This document shows positions 18,172-27,396 of a stretch of DNA of 64,000 nt, piece by piece (the stretch's first letter is position 1; every line of letters begins with the position of its first letter). Where the stretch lies: positions 967,311 through 1,031,310 of the forward strand of contig CBDDJT010000003.1 in NCBI GenBank assembly GCA_965229765.1, given 5' to 3'. Both the position numbers and the translations under genes were made by a program. This DNA comes from Paracoccaceae bacterium. GTDB taxonomy: Bacteria > Pseudomonadota > Alphaproteobacteria > Rhodobacterales > Rhodobacteraceae. The notes beneath the pieces were generated by a model that had not been told where the DNA came from, searched no databases, and was given only the letters and a program-made list of their open reading frames with translations.

Positions 18172-19353
18172 ATGACCTTGGCGCCCGACTGCCCGGTCGA
18201 CTTCTACGGCCCCGAAACGCTGGCCGACCCGCAACCGGCCTACCGCGCCATGCTGGCCGCCGGGCCGGTGGTCTGGCTGCCAGCGCAGGGCCTGCACGCA
18301 ATCTGCGGGTTCAGCGCGCTGACCGCCAGCCTGCGTGACCACCGAAGCTTTCGCTCGGGCCACGGCGTGTCGATCAATGACGATGTCAACGCGATCCTCG
18401 TGGGCAGCACGCTCAACTCGGACCCGCCGCAGCATGACACCACCCGCGCAATCACCTTCACGCCGCTCACGCCCAAGGCGCTGCAACAGGTGCGGGACCG
18501 GATCGAGGCCGAGGCAAACGCCATCGCCGACCATGTCTGCGGCATGGGCAGCTTCGACGCCGCGCGCGACCTCGCCCCGCATATCCCGCTGACCACGGTG
18601 CGCGATCTGGTGGGGCTCGGCGACCGGGGCAAGCCCCGGATGCTCGACTGGGCGGCGGCCACGTTCGAGCTGATGGGCGACCCGCGCGACCGCCGCGAGA
18701 CCGCCACCGCCAACCTGCGCGAGATGCGCGGCTTTCTGGACGATGCGGCGACCATAGACGGGCTGGCGCCCGATGGCTGGGCGCGCCGCGCCATCGACCG
18801 CGCGACCGAGACGGGCATGGACCCTGCGCGCGCGGTCGAACTGATGCGCGACTACATCGCGCCCAGCCTCGACACAACGATTTCGGCCATCGGCTACGGC
18901 ATCCACCTCTTCGCGCGCCACCCCGACCAGTGGGACCGCCTGCGCGCCGACCGCGCCCTGATGAAATCCGCCATCGAAGAGATCGTGCGGCTCAACACCC
19001 CGATCCGCGCCTTCACCCGGTTGCTCGACACCGACGTCACCGTCGCGGGCCTGACGCTGGCGGCAGGCGACCGCGTCCTGATGGTCTTTGGCGCGGCCAA
19101 CCGCGATCCCGCGCGCTGGGACGACCCCGACGGCTTCGACATCGGGCGCGACACGCGCGGGCACGTGGGGTTCGGCCATGGGGTGCATACCTGTCTGGGC
19201 ATGCACCTCGCCCGGCTGGAGATGACGTGCCTGTTCGGCGCGCTGGCCGACCGCGTCGCCCGGTTCGAGCCGCTGGGCCGGCCCGCGACCGCCGTCAACG
19301 CCACCATCCATGCCTATGCCAGCGTGCCGGTGCGGGCGATCGCGGCGGGCTGA
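18172..19353 (+). CDS. Cytochrome P450
   Basis: The haem-thiolate loop is FGHGVHTCLGMHLAR. The EXXR region is AIEEIVRLNTP. The length is ~393 aa. Confidence 0.9.
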   Translation: MTLAPDCPVDFYGPETLADPQPAYRAMLAAGPVVWLPAQGLHAICGFSALTASLRDHRSFRSGHGVSINDDVNAILVGSTLNSDPPQHDTTRAITFTPLTPKALQQVRDRIEAEANAIADHVCGMGSFDAARDLAPHIPLTTVRDLVGLGDRGKPRMLDWAAATFELMGDPRDRRETATANLREMRGFLDDAATIDGLAPDGWARRAIDRATETGMDPARAVELMRDYIAPSLDTTISAIGYGIHLFARHPDQWDRLRADRALMKSAIEEIVRLNTPIRAFTRLLDTDVTVAGLTLAAGDRVLMVFGAANRDPARWDDPDGFDIGRDTRGHVGFGHGVHTCLGMHLARLEMTCLFGALADRVARFEPLGRPATAVNATIHAYASVPVRAIAAG

Positions 19354-19359
19354 CCCCGC

Positions 19360-19403
19360 GCCGACGTTTTGCCGACGTTGTGCCGACGTTATGCTGACGT
19401 GCG
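19360..19403 (+). repeat. Four tandem 11-bp units of the GCCGACGNNNN family
   Basis: The units are gccgacgtttt, gccgacgttgt, gccgacgttat and gctgacgtgcg. They start 7 nt after the P450 stop and end 106 nt before the pirin ATG. Confidence 0.9.
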
Positions 19404-19508
19404 GATTCGGGGCCTTCGGCACAGCCCCCGTGCGCCCGCGCACAGGCCCCCCGCTTGATCCCGCCGCGCCGCGCACGATCTAAGAGGCAGCGAACAGGAG
19501 CCCCGCAC

Positions 19509-20420
19509 ATGACCTTCAGACCCGTCGTTTCCACCCGCCGCTCGCAGCCCACGATGGAGGGCGCCGGCGTCCACCTGCACCGCGTCTTCGGCTTCGGCGA
19601 TCCCGCCGAAAGCGATCCGTTCCTGTTGCTTGACGACTTCCGCAACGACGTCCCCGACCATTACGCCAAGGGCTTTCCCTGGCACCCCCACCGCGGGATC
19701 GAGACGATCACCTACGTCCTGCAAGGCACCGTGGAACACGCGGATTCCCTTGGAAACACAGGCAAACTCGGCCCCGGCTCGGTTCAGTGGATGACCGCGG
19801 GGTCGGGCATCCTGCACCAGGAAATGCCCAAGGGGAACATCGCCGGGCAGATGCACGGATTTCAGCTCTGGGCCAACCTGCCCGCGTCGCTGAAGATGAC
19901 CGCGCCGCGCTACCAGGACATCGGCGGCGGCGACATCCCGACCGAAATCGACGACGACGGCACCGAGGTGCGGATCATCACCGGCAGCTTCTGGGGCCGC
20001 CGCGGCCCGGTCGACGGCATCGCCGCCGATCCGCTGTATCTCGACGTCAAGGTGCCGCCCAACACCCGCAAGTCGCTTCCCGTCGACACCCGCGCCAACG
20101 CCTTCGCCTATGTCTTCCAGGGCAAGGCCCGTTTCGCCGACGCCGCCGCCCCTGTCGGCGTGCGCGTGGAAAAAGAGGTGGCTGGCCAAGAGGTTAACAT
20201 CCGCGACATGTCGGGCAACCGGACGCTGGTGCGGTTCGGAAACGGCGATGACGTGACGGTCCAGACCGGCGAAGAGGGCGTGCGCTTTCTGCTGGTCGCC
20301 GGCCGCCCGATCGAGGAACCGGTCGCCTGGCACGGACCCATCGTGATGAACACCCGCGCCGAACTGATGCAGGCGGTCAAGGAACTTCAGAACGGCACCT
20401 TCATCAAGGCCGCGCACTGA
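19509..20420 (+). CDS. Pirin family protein
   Basis: The pirin metal-site motif is HPHRGIETITYVLQGTVEHADS, on a bicupin of typical length. The internal ATG 19509 was chosen. Confidence 0.85.
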   Translation: MTFRPVVSTRRSQPTMEGAGVHLHRVFGFGDPAESDPFLLLDDFRNDVPDHYAKGFPWHPHRGIETITYVLQGTVEHADSLGNTGKLGPGSVQWMTAGSGILHQEMPKGNIAGQMHGFQLWANLPASLKMTAPRYQDIGGGDIPTEIDDDGTEVRIITGSFWGRRGPVDGIAADPLYLDVKVPPNTRKSLPVDTRANAFAYVFQGKARFADAAAPVGVRVEKEVAGQEVNIRDMSGNRTLVRFGNGDDVTVQTGEEGVRFLLVAGRPIEEPVAWHGPIVMNTRAELMQAVKELQNGTFIKAAH

Positions 20421-20439
20421 CGCGCGGCCCGGGGCGCCC

Positions 20440-21939
20440 TCAGATCAGGCCCCACAGATCGGCACCAAGGAACCACTCCTCGGCGCCGAACTGCGCGTCG
20501 ATCCCGTCGGCGCCCTCCAGCACCACGATCTCCTCGATCCCGAAAGCCGTGATGCCAAGCGCGGCCAGCGTGGCCTCGGGGGTCTCGCCTTCAAGGTCGG
20601 CGCCGAACAGCGCCGCCGCCTCGGGCGTCAGCGCGATATAAAGGGTATCGAATCCATCTCCGCCATAGATGTTGGCGCCGCCGGCGGACGGGTCGCCCAG
20701 AATGTCGCCCTGCACGAAGATGAACGTGTCGTCCCCGGGCGCGCCCATCAAGAGGTCGAAGCCCTGCCCGGCAATCAGCACGTCATTGCCCTTGCCGCCA
20801 CCCAGCTTGTCGTTGCCGGTGTCGCCATCGACCACGTCGTCGCCCTGACCGCCCGCAAGGAAATCGTCGCCCGATCCGCCCGACAGGATGTCGCCGTCCT
20901 GTCCGCCGGCGAAACCGTCGTTGCCGGCGCCGCCAAAGAACGTGTCGATCCCGGCAGACCCATAGCCGATGTCGTCGCCGTCCAGCCCCAGCACCAGGTC
21001 GTCGGCGGCGGAATAGATCGCCGCACCCCCCGCCGCGTCCAGCGCGGTGACCACACCGTCCAGCGCATAGGTGGTGAACGCCGCCAGAACCCCGTGGATC
21101 GACGACGCGGGGTGCAGGTCATCGACGAAACCCACCTGTTCGGCCGGATAACTGTCCAGCACGGCGCCTTCGTCCAGACCCATGTGCTCGGTCAGCGGGG
21201 CGACAAGGCCAAATCCCACGGGATCCTCGGCAATGGCGCGGGTGATCGCCTCATAGTCGATCAGCCCGACACTGGCGCCGCCCTGTTCCAGCGCATCGAC
21301 AGCGGCGCGCAACTCATCATTGAAATAGTCGAACACCAGTTCGGTCAGACCCTGCGTGACCTCGTCCTGAACGCCCACGCTGGGAAAGAAGGTCGCCACG
21401 GGCAGCGTGCCGGCATAGACCGTTTCGACCCCCGCCGCCAAAAGCTCGACAAGGCCCGCGACAATGGCATCGACCGCCGCGTCGGCAGCGGCGAAGGCCG
21501 ATTGCAGGATCTCGGTCAGCGTGCCGCCCCCGGCCGCCCCCAGATCGTTGTTGCCGATCCACACGATGGCGATGGTGCCCGTCAGGTCCGCCTCGCCCAT
21601 GTCGGTCAGGTATCGGTCGATCTGCGCGCCAAGGTTCAGGTCCGCATTCAGTGCAGCATCGTCCTCGGGCACCAGCAACTCGGGCTGAAGCCCGCTATCC
21701 ACGACCAGATCACCCAGCGTATATGTGCCCGCCGCGTCGGCCGAGGCGATGGCATAGTTCGATACCGTCCCGCCGCCCGGGATCAGGTCGTAGAACGCGG
21801 AATGCACCAGCCCGTCGGTGATCCCGTTGGGAAAGGGCGTGGGCCACGCAACCACGCCGGTTCCCAGCGCGAACAGGTTGCCGTCATCGCTCAGGCTGTC
21901 GCCGAAAAAGACGATGTCATTGGCAATCGGCGTCAGCAT
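20440..21939 (-). CDS. SGNH/GDSL hydrolase with C-terminal RTX (GGxGxD) calcium-binding repeats; leaderless, probable T1SS substrate
   Basis: The N-terminus is MLTPIANDIVFFGDSLSDDGN (GDSL block I) with no signal peptide. The nonapeptide run is FFGGAGNDGFAGGQDGDILSGGSGDDFLAGGQGDDVVDGDTGNDKLGGGKGNDVLIAGQG, at roughly 20720-20960. Confidence 0.8.
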   Translation of the reverse strand: MLTPIANDIVFFGDSLSDDGNLFALGTGVVAWPTPFPNGITDGLVHSAFYDLIPGGGTVSNYAIASADAAGTYTLGDLVVDSGLQPELLVPEDDAALNADLNLGAQIDRYLTDMGEADLTGTIAIVWIGNNDLGAAGGGTLTEILQSAFAAADAAVDAIVAGLVELLAAGVETVYAGTLPVATFFPSVGVQDEVTQGLTELVFDYFNDELRAAVDALEQGGASVGLIDYEAITRAIAEDPVGFGLVAPLTEHMGLDEGAVLDSYPAEQVGFVDDLHPASSIHGVLAAFTTYALDGVVTALDAAGGAAIYSAADDLVLGLDGDDIGYGSAGIDTFFGGAGNDGFAGGQDGDILSGGSGDDFLAGGQGDDVVDGDTGNDKLGGGKGNDVLIAGQGFDLLMGAPGDDTFIFVQGDILGDPSAGGANIYGGDGFDTLYIALTPEAAALFGADLEGETPEATLAALGITAFGIEEIVVLEGADGIDAQFGAEEWFLGADLWGLI

Positions 21940-22090
21940 CGGCGGCCCTCTCGGAGGTTGCGGACCGGATCCATCGGTCCCGCCCCATCACATAGGCCAA
22001 ACGGCCAAAACAGTCCATGACAGCGGTTCGCTGTTGACGGCGCCCCCCGCAAGTCCCGACACTGCCGGAAAATCCAAGGGAGGAAGATCC

Positions 22091-23149
22091 ATGAAACATG
22101 CCCTCAGGCTTTGCGCCGCCGCGCTCGTGCTGTCGGCGCCGCTGCCGGCCGTGGCCGACAGCTTCAATGCCACTGTCGCCGCGGGCCATCCGCCCGTGTT
22201 CCGCTGGGTGCGGATGATCTCGGAAGTGTTCATTCCCACCGTGACCTCCACGCTCGACGGCAGCGGCCACTCGGTCAGCTTCTCGGAACAGTACGGCGGC
22301 GCGATCGCCGGCGTCGGCGAAGAGCTTGAAGCCATCGAATCGGGTCTGGTCGAGATCGGCACCTGCCAGGCGCTGTTCGATCCCGCGAAGCTCGCGATCC
22401 AGAACGTGACCTACTACACGCCCTTCGTCAGCGACGACGCCCGCACCGTGTCCGACCTGATGCACAAGCTGCATTCCGAAGACCCGCGGATGACCGCCGC
22501 CTATACCGAGAACAACAACGTCTACCTCGGCGCGCCCATCGCCATCGACGACTACCTGCTGATGACGAACTTCCCGGTCGAAAGCCTCGACGATCTGGAC
22601 GGCAAGAAGATCGCGGCGCCGGGGGCTGCGATCAACTGGCTGTCGGGCACCGGCGCGGTCGGCGTGTCGGGCAACCTGACGACCTACTACAACGAACTGA
22701 AGACCGGCGTGTATGACGGCGTCATCGTTTTCGCCTCGGCCGCCCTGCCCGGCAAGCTATACGAGGTCGCGCCCTACGTCACCCGCGCGGGTCTCGGTGC
22801 CCAGTATGCCGGTGCGCTTTGCGCCAACAAGGACTGGTACGACGCGCTGCCGTCCGAGGTGCAGGCCGCCCTGCACGCCGGCGCCGATGCCGCGCAAGCC
22901 TGGTACATGGACGCGCTCGAGGCCGCCGTCACCGCCTCGTTCGAGGGCATGGCCGCCAACGGCGCCACCATCACCGACGCCCCCGCCGAGATGCGGGCCG
23001 CATGGGCCGCCGGCATGGACAACGCCGCCAAGGTCTGGGCCGACGCGCTCGACGCCAAGGAGATCCCGGCCAGCGACATGCTGACGATCTACATGGACGG
23101 TATGCGCGCCGCCGGCGCCACGCCGCTGCGCGACTGGGACAAAGAGTAG
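22091..23149 (+). CDS. TRAP-type transporter substrate-binding protein (DctP-like)
   Basis: GGAGG lies upstream of ATG 22091. The signal peptide is MKHALRLCAAALVLSAPLPAVA. DctQ-like and DctM-like genes follow directly. Confidence 0.7.
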   Translation: MKHALRLCAAALVLSAPLPAVADSFNATVAAGHPPVFRWVRMISEVFIPTVTSTLDGSGHSVSFSEQYGGAIAGVGEELEAIESGLVEIGTCQALFDPAKLAIQNVTYYTPFVSDDARTVSDLMHKLHSEDPRMTAAYTENNNVYLGAPIAIDDYLLMTNFPVESLDDLDGKKIAAPGAAINWLSGTGAVGVSGNLTTYYNELKTGVYDGVIVFASAALPGKLYEVAPYVTRAGLGAQYAGALCANKDWYDALPSEVQAALHAGADAAQAWYMDALEAAVTASFEGMAANGATITDAPAEMRAAWAAGMDNAAKVWADALDAKEIPASDMLTIYMDGMRAAGATPLRDWDKE

Positions 23150-23152
23150 CCG

Positions 23153-23710
23153 GTGCCAGACCCTGAAACGGCGGCGCAGCGCGATCCCCTCGCGCTGCGC
23201 CTTCTCGACACGCTGACGCAGGCGCTCAACGTCATCGGCTCGCTGCTGATCCTGGGGCTGACGGTGATGGTCGGCCTCGACGTGGCGGGCCGCAACCTTG
23301 CCGGGGCGCCGATCTCGGGCGTGCCGGAACTCGTGACTCTGTCCATCGTGGCCATCGTCTTTCTGCAAGCGCCGCAAGCCCTGCGCGCGGGCCGCTTCAC
23401 CCAGAGCGAGGCGGTGCTGAACGGTCTGCGCCGCCGCGCGCCCGCGCTGGGCCGGGCGCTTGAAACCCTGTTCGACCTTGTCGCCATGGCGATCCTCGGC
23501 GTGATCGTCCACGCCACCTGGCCGCTGTTCGCCCGCGCCTGGACGCGCGGCGATTTCATCGGCGCGCTTGGCGATTTCACCGCCCCCACGTGGCCGGTGA
23601 AGGCCACCATCCTGATCGGGGGCACCATGCTGGTCCTGCAATTCGCCGCCCGCATCTGGCGGCGTTATCGCCACCTGCCCCCCGGCAACCCGGCCGAGGG
23701 CCGGGCATGA
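23153..23710 (+). CDS. TRAP transporter small permease (DctQ-like)
   Basis: The four-TM small protein contains NVIGSLLILGLTVMVGLDVAGRN. Its stop overlaps the dctM-like ATG. Confidence 0.75.
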   Translation: MPDPETAAQRDPLALRLLDTLTQALNVIGSLLILGLTVMVGLDVAGRNLAGAPISGVPELVTLSIVAIVFLQAPQALRAGRFTQSEAVLNGLRRRAPALGRALETLFDLVAMAILGVIVHATWPLFARAWTRGDFIGALGDFTAPTWPVKATILIGGTMLVLQFAARIWRRYRHLPPGNPAEGRA

Positions 23711-25023
23711 CACCGTTCGACATCGGACTGATGGCGCTGGGCGCCATGGGCGTGCTGGTGATGCTGGGCCTCTACGTGCCCATCGCGCTGATGGTCTGCT
23801 CCTTCGCCGGGGTCTGGGCGATCAAGGGCTCGCCGGTGCTGGCCTCCAAGCTGCTGGCGCTTGCCGCCAACGACGCCATCGCCAGCTATTTCTTCGGGGT
23901 GGTGCCGCTTTTCGTGCTGATGGGGTTCCTCGTCTCGGAATCCGGGCTGGGCCGCGACGCCTTCGACGTGGCCAACACGCTGTTCCGGCGGCTGCGCGGC
24001 GGGCTGGGCGTGGGCACGGTGGGCGCCAACGCCATCTTCGCCGCGATCACCGGCATCTCCATCGCCTCGGCGGCGGTGTTCACCAAGATCGCCGTCCCGC
24101 AGATGATCCGCCACGGCTACGCGCCGCGCTTTGCCGTGGGCGTGGTGGCGGGCAGTTCCGTCCTGGGGATGCTGATCCCGCCATCGCTGCTCTTGATCCT
24201 CTACGGCATCCTGACGGAACAAAGCATCGGCGACCTCTTCATCGCGGGCATCGGCCCCGGCATCCTGTTGTCGGTGTTCTTCGCGCTGGGCATCGTGGCC
24301 ATGGCCATCCTGACCCCGCGCTTCGTCGGCACCCCCGACCGGGGAGAAGAGGACGACGGCCTGACGCCGGCGCAGATACTGGCCAAGGGCGGGCCCATCG
24401 CGCTCCTGATCTTCCTTGTTCTCGGCGGCATCTACCTCGGCTGGTTCACCCCGGTCGAGGCAGGCGCGGTCGGCGCGCTGGTGGCACTGGCCATCGGGCT
24501 GGTCCGCCGCACCCTGACGCTGGCGGGCCTCTGGCGCGTTCTGGTGGAAACCGGCCTCGTCACCGCCTCGGTCTGCCTGCTCATCATCGCGGCGCAGATG
24601 TATTCGCGGATGCTGGCCTTCTCGGGGGTGCCCGCCGGCCTCGGCACCTTCGCCACCACGGCAGAACTGGGCTTCTGGGGGCTGATGCTGATCTACGTCG
24701 GCGTGGTCGTGGCGCTGGGCATGATCCTCGACAGCTCGTCCATCATGCTGATCCTCGTGCCGCTGATGCTGCCCGTCGTGCAGCCCATGGGGATCGACCT
24801 GATCTGGTTCGGCATCGTCACCGTGATCGCGGTGGAAATCGGCCTTCTCACGCCGCCTTTCGGAATATCGGTCTACGTCATAAAGTCCACGCTCGACGAT
24901 CCCTCGATCACGCTGGGCGACATCTTCCGCGGCGCCGCACCCTTCGCCCTGATGATGGCCGCCGTCCTCGGCCTCGTCCTCACCTTCCCCGTCATCGCCA
25001 CAGGATTGCTGCCCGGACGCTGA
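23707..25023 (+). CDS. TRAP transporter large permease (DctM-like)
   Basis: This is a ~438-aa polytopic protein. ATG 23707 overlaps the preceding stop (ATGA). Confidence 0.85.
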   Translation: MTPFDIGLMALGAMGVLVMLGLYVPIALMVCSFAGVWAIKGSPVLASKLLALAANDAIASYFFGVVPLFVLMGFLVSESGLGRDAFDVANTLFRRLRGGLGVGTVGANAIFAAITGISIASAAVFTKIAVPQMIRHGYAPRFAVGVVAGSSVLGMLIPPSLLLILYGILTEQSIGDLFIAGIGPGILLSVFFALGIVAMAILTPRFVGTPDRGEEDDGLTPAQILAKGGPIALLIFLVLGGIYLGWFTPVEAGAVGALVALAIGLVRRTLTLAGLWRVLVETGLVTASVCLLIIAAQMYSRMLAFSGVPAGLGTFATTAELGFWGLMLIYVGVVVALGMILDSSSIMLILVPLMLPVVQPMGIDLIWFGIVTVIAVEIGLLTPPFGISVYVIKSTLDDPSITLGDIFRGAAPFALMMAAVLGLVLTFPVIATGLLPGR

Positions 25024-25103
25024 CCGCTTCTTCTGTTCCCAAATACTCCCGCCGGAGGCACGCCGCAAAGCGGCGTTCCGGCCCAACGGAAAGGACCCGC
25101 GCC

Positions 25104-25895
25104 ATGCCCCGCCGTTTCGTAGATATCTCCGTCGCGCTAGAGGCCGACATCGCCTCGGACCCGCCCATCATGCTGCCCAAGATCACCTACATGGCGCATG
25201 ACGAAACCGCCGGGCAGATCGCCAGCTTCTTTCCCGGCCTGAAGAAGGAGGACCTGCCGGGCGGCGAGGGCTGGGCCATCGAGTTCATGCAGGTCGCCAC
25301 CCACAACGGCACCCACCTCGACGCACCCTACCACCACCACTCCACCATGGACGGCGGCAAGCGCGCGATCACCATCGACGAGGTGCCGCTGGAGTGGTGC
25401 ATGAACCCCGGCGTCAAGCTCGACTTCCGCCACCTGCCGGACGGCCATCTCGTGAGTGCGGCAGAGGTCGAGGCAGAGCTTGCCCGCATCGGCCACGACC
25501 TGCAGCCGCTGGACATCGTCGTGGTCAACACGGCGGCCGGCGCGAAATACGGGCAGGACGACTATATCCACGCCGGCTGCGGCATGGGCCGCGAGGCGAC
25601 GATGTACCTGCTGGAACGCGGGGTGCGCGTCACCGGAACCGACGCCTGGTCCTGGGACGCGCCCTTCTCGCATACCGCGAAACGCTGGGCGGCGACCCAC
25701 GACCCCTCGATCATCTGGGAAGGCCACCGCGCGTCGATGGACATCGGCTATTGCCACATGGAGAAACTGTCGAACCTCGAAAGCCTGCCCGCCAGCGGCT
25801 TCACGATCAGCTGCTTTCCGGTGAAGATAAAGGCCGCCTCTGGCGGGTTCACCCGCGCGGTCGCGATCTTCGAGGACGAAGGCGGCGCGGCATGA
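25104..25895 (+). CDS. Cyclase family protein (kynurenine-formamidase-like metal hydrolase fold)
   Basis: The HxGTHxDxPxH motif is present as HNGTHLDAPYHH. Confidence 0.75.
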   Translation: MPRRFVDISVALEADIASDPPIMLPKITYMAHDETAGQIASFFPGLKKEDLPGGEGWAIEFMQVATHNGTHLDAPYHHHSTMDGGKRAITIDEVPLEWCMNPGVKLDFRHLPDGHLVSAAEVEAELARIGHDLQPLDIVVVNTAAGAKYGQDDYIHAGCGMGREATMYLLERGVRVTGTDAWSWDAPFSHTAKRWAATHDPSIIWEGHRASMDIGYCHMEKLSNLESLPASGFTISCFPVKIKAASGGFTRAVAIFEDEGGAA

Positions 25896-26398
25896 CCGGC
25901 GCGCCCGTCACCCCCGACACGATCTCGCGCGCGGTGGTGCGCTTCGACTGCACCGGAACGGCCACGGGCAAGATGCGCAACGAACTGGACGTGCGCATGG
26001 TCAGCCCGATGGAAGAGCACTTCACGCTCGCCACCGACGAGGGCCCGTTCCATGGCGGCGACGCCACCGCGCCGCCGCCGCTGGCGCTGTTCGTGGGCAG
26101 CCTGACGGGCTGCATCATGACGCAGCTGCGCGCCTTCGCGAAACGGCTGGACGTGCCGCTCGACGGCCTGCGCGTCGAGACGCGGGTGGAGTGGGACTGG
26201 GAGGCGACGGGACGAACCTACGAGACCGCGCCAAAAAGCTTCGAGATCGACGTCTTCATCGACAGCGCCGCGCCGCGCGACCGGGTCGCGGCGCTGGTGG
26301 CCGCCGCCAAGCGGGGCTGTTTCATCGAACAGACGCTGGGCCGGGCCAACACCATCCGCCACCGCATCCGCGATGGCGACGGCTGGATCGACGCATGA
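25892..26398 (+). CDS. OsmC/Ohr family protein
   Basis: ATG 25892 overlaps the previous stop. PPPLALFVGSLTGCIMTQL and KRGCFIEQTL are OsmC-like Cys segments. Confidence 0.65.
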   Translation: MTGAPVTPDTISRAVVRFDCTGTATGKMRNELDVRMVSPMEEHFTLATDEGPFHGGDATAPPPLALFVGSLTGCIMTQLRAFAKRLDVPLDGLRVETRVEWDWEATGRTYETAPKSFEIDVFIDSAAPRDRVAALVAAAKRGCFIEQTLGRANTIRHRIRDGDGWIDA

Positions 26399-26415
26399 CC
26401 TGACCGCCCCGCGGC

Positions 26416-26526
26416 GCAAGGTTTTTCGAAAAACCTTGCCCGGCCCGGATCACCGGGCCGGTCTTCCCCCGCCACCGGCGGCGCGGCGCCGGGCGGAGGC
26501 CAGCAAATTCCTTCGAAGGAATTTGC
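26416..26526. repeat. Two 24-bp perfect TTCGAA-centred palindromes flanking a GC hairpin, between convergent genes
   Basis: The first palindrome is gcaaggtttttc|gaaaaaccttgc (26416-26439). The hairpin is cggcccgg-atca-ccgggccg (26441-26460). The second palindrome is gcaaattccttc|gaaggaatttgc (26503-26526). Confidence 0.9.
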
Positions 26527-26536
26527 CCGCGCGGCG

Positions 26537-27385
26537 TCAGCCGCGCGGCGCCCGGAACGTGCCCAGCGTCTCGATGGTGTAGCCGCCCGGATAGGTCGGG
26601 CGCCGCCGTTGCGTGATGCGCCGGGGACGGCGGCGCGCGGGCAGCACCCACAGGATCAGCGCCCGCGCCCTCAGCCCGCCAAACACCGCCCGCTCCACCC
26701 AGCGGGGCGGATCGGCAAAGCCCATCGCGCGGCGCAGGGGCGCGTCGCACATCGCGTGCACCGCCGGCCGGCCCAGCGGGACAAGCCGGCGTGGCAGGTA
26801 GAAGGACAACAGCAGATCGCGCGTCAGACCGCCGATCTCGGCATTCGTCTCGGCATAGGCGAAATGCCGGGCCTCGTAGGCGCGGTTGAAGGCGTCGAAG
26901 GCCTCATAGGTTTCCGGAATGTCCGCGATCCCCATCCGCGCGCCCAGCGCCCGATAATAGAGCACGCCCGCCTCGACCTCCGCCCCCGTCAGCGGCCGCC
27001 TGCCGAAGCGGTCGATCCAGCGGCGGGGCTCTAGCACGAACGTGGACAGGACATAGAGCATGTCCTCGTTGGCGATGCGGAACCGACCGTGCATGTCGTT
27101 GATCCGCGCCAGCGCCGCCTGCCCGCGCGCGCTGTCCTGCCCGTTCTCGGCGATCTCGGACAGCAGCAGTTCGGTGTCGTCGTAGCGCTTGCGCGTGCGG
27201 TCGCGAAACTCGCCCGTGCGCGACAACAGGCTGGAAATCGACGGCACGGCGTAGGTGCGGAAGAGCGCGAACTCCAGCGCCTTTTCGGTGTCCCACGCGA
27301 ATTCGCAGGTGCTCAGCAGGAAGCCGATCCGCTCATACTCGGTCGCGGGATCCAGAGCCGCGATCTCGCGGGTCCAGCGTGACAC
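26537..27385 (-). CDS. MpaB/DUF2236-family oxygenase-like protein
   Basis: The family pattern, as I recall it, is WDTEKALEFALFRTYAVPSISSLL...RYDDTELLLSEI...INDMHGRF. The start is GTG. Confidence 0.6.
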   Translation of the reverse strand: MSRWTREIAALDPATEYERIGFLLSTCEFAWDTEKALEFALFRTYAVPSISSLLSRTGEFRDRTRKRYDDTELLLSEIAENGQDSARGQAALARINDMHGRFRIANEDMLYVLSTFVLEPRRWIDRFGRRPLTGAEVEAGVLYYRALGARMGIADIPETYEAFDAFNRAYEARHFAYAETNAEIGGLTRDLLLSFYLPRRLVPLGRPAVHAMCDAPLRRAMGFADPPRWVERAVFGGLRARALILWVLPARRRPRRITQRRRPTYPGGYTIETLGTFRAPRG

Positions 27386-27396
27386 GGCCCCCGCGC

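Noticed and set aside
25060-25076. Hairpin acgccgc-aaa-gcggcgt after the dctM-like gene, considered as an intrinsic terminator
   Set aside because: The 7-bp stem is followed by only one T, and it sits 28 nt before the next co-directional gene of the same apparent operon. At most it is an attenuating or stabilising stem-loop, so it is not reported as a terminator.
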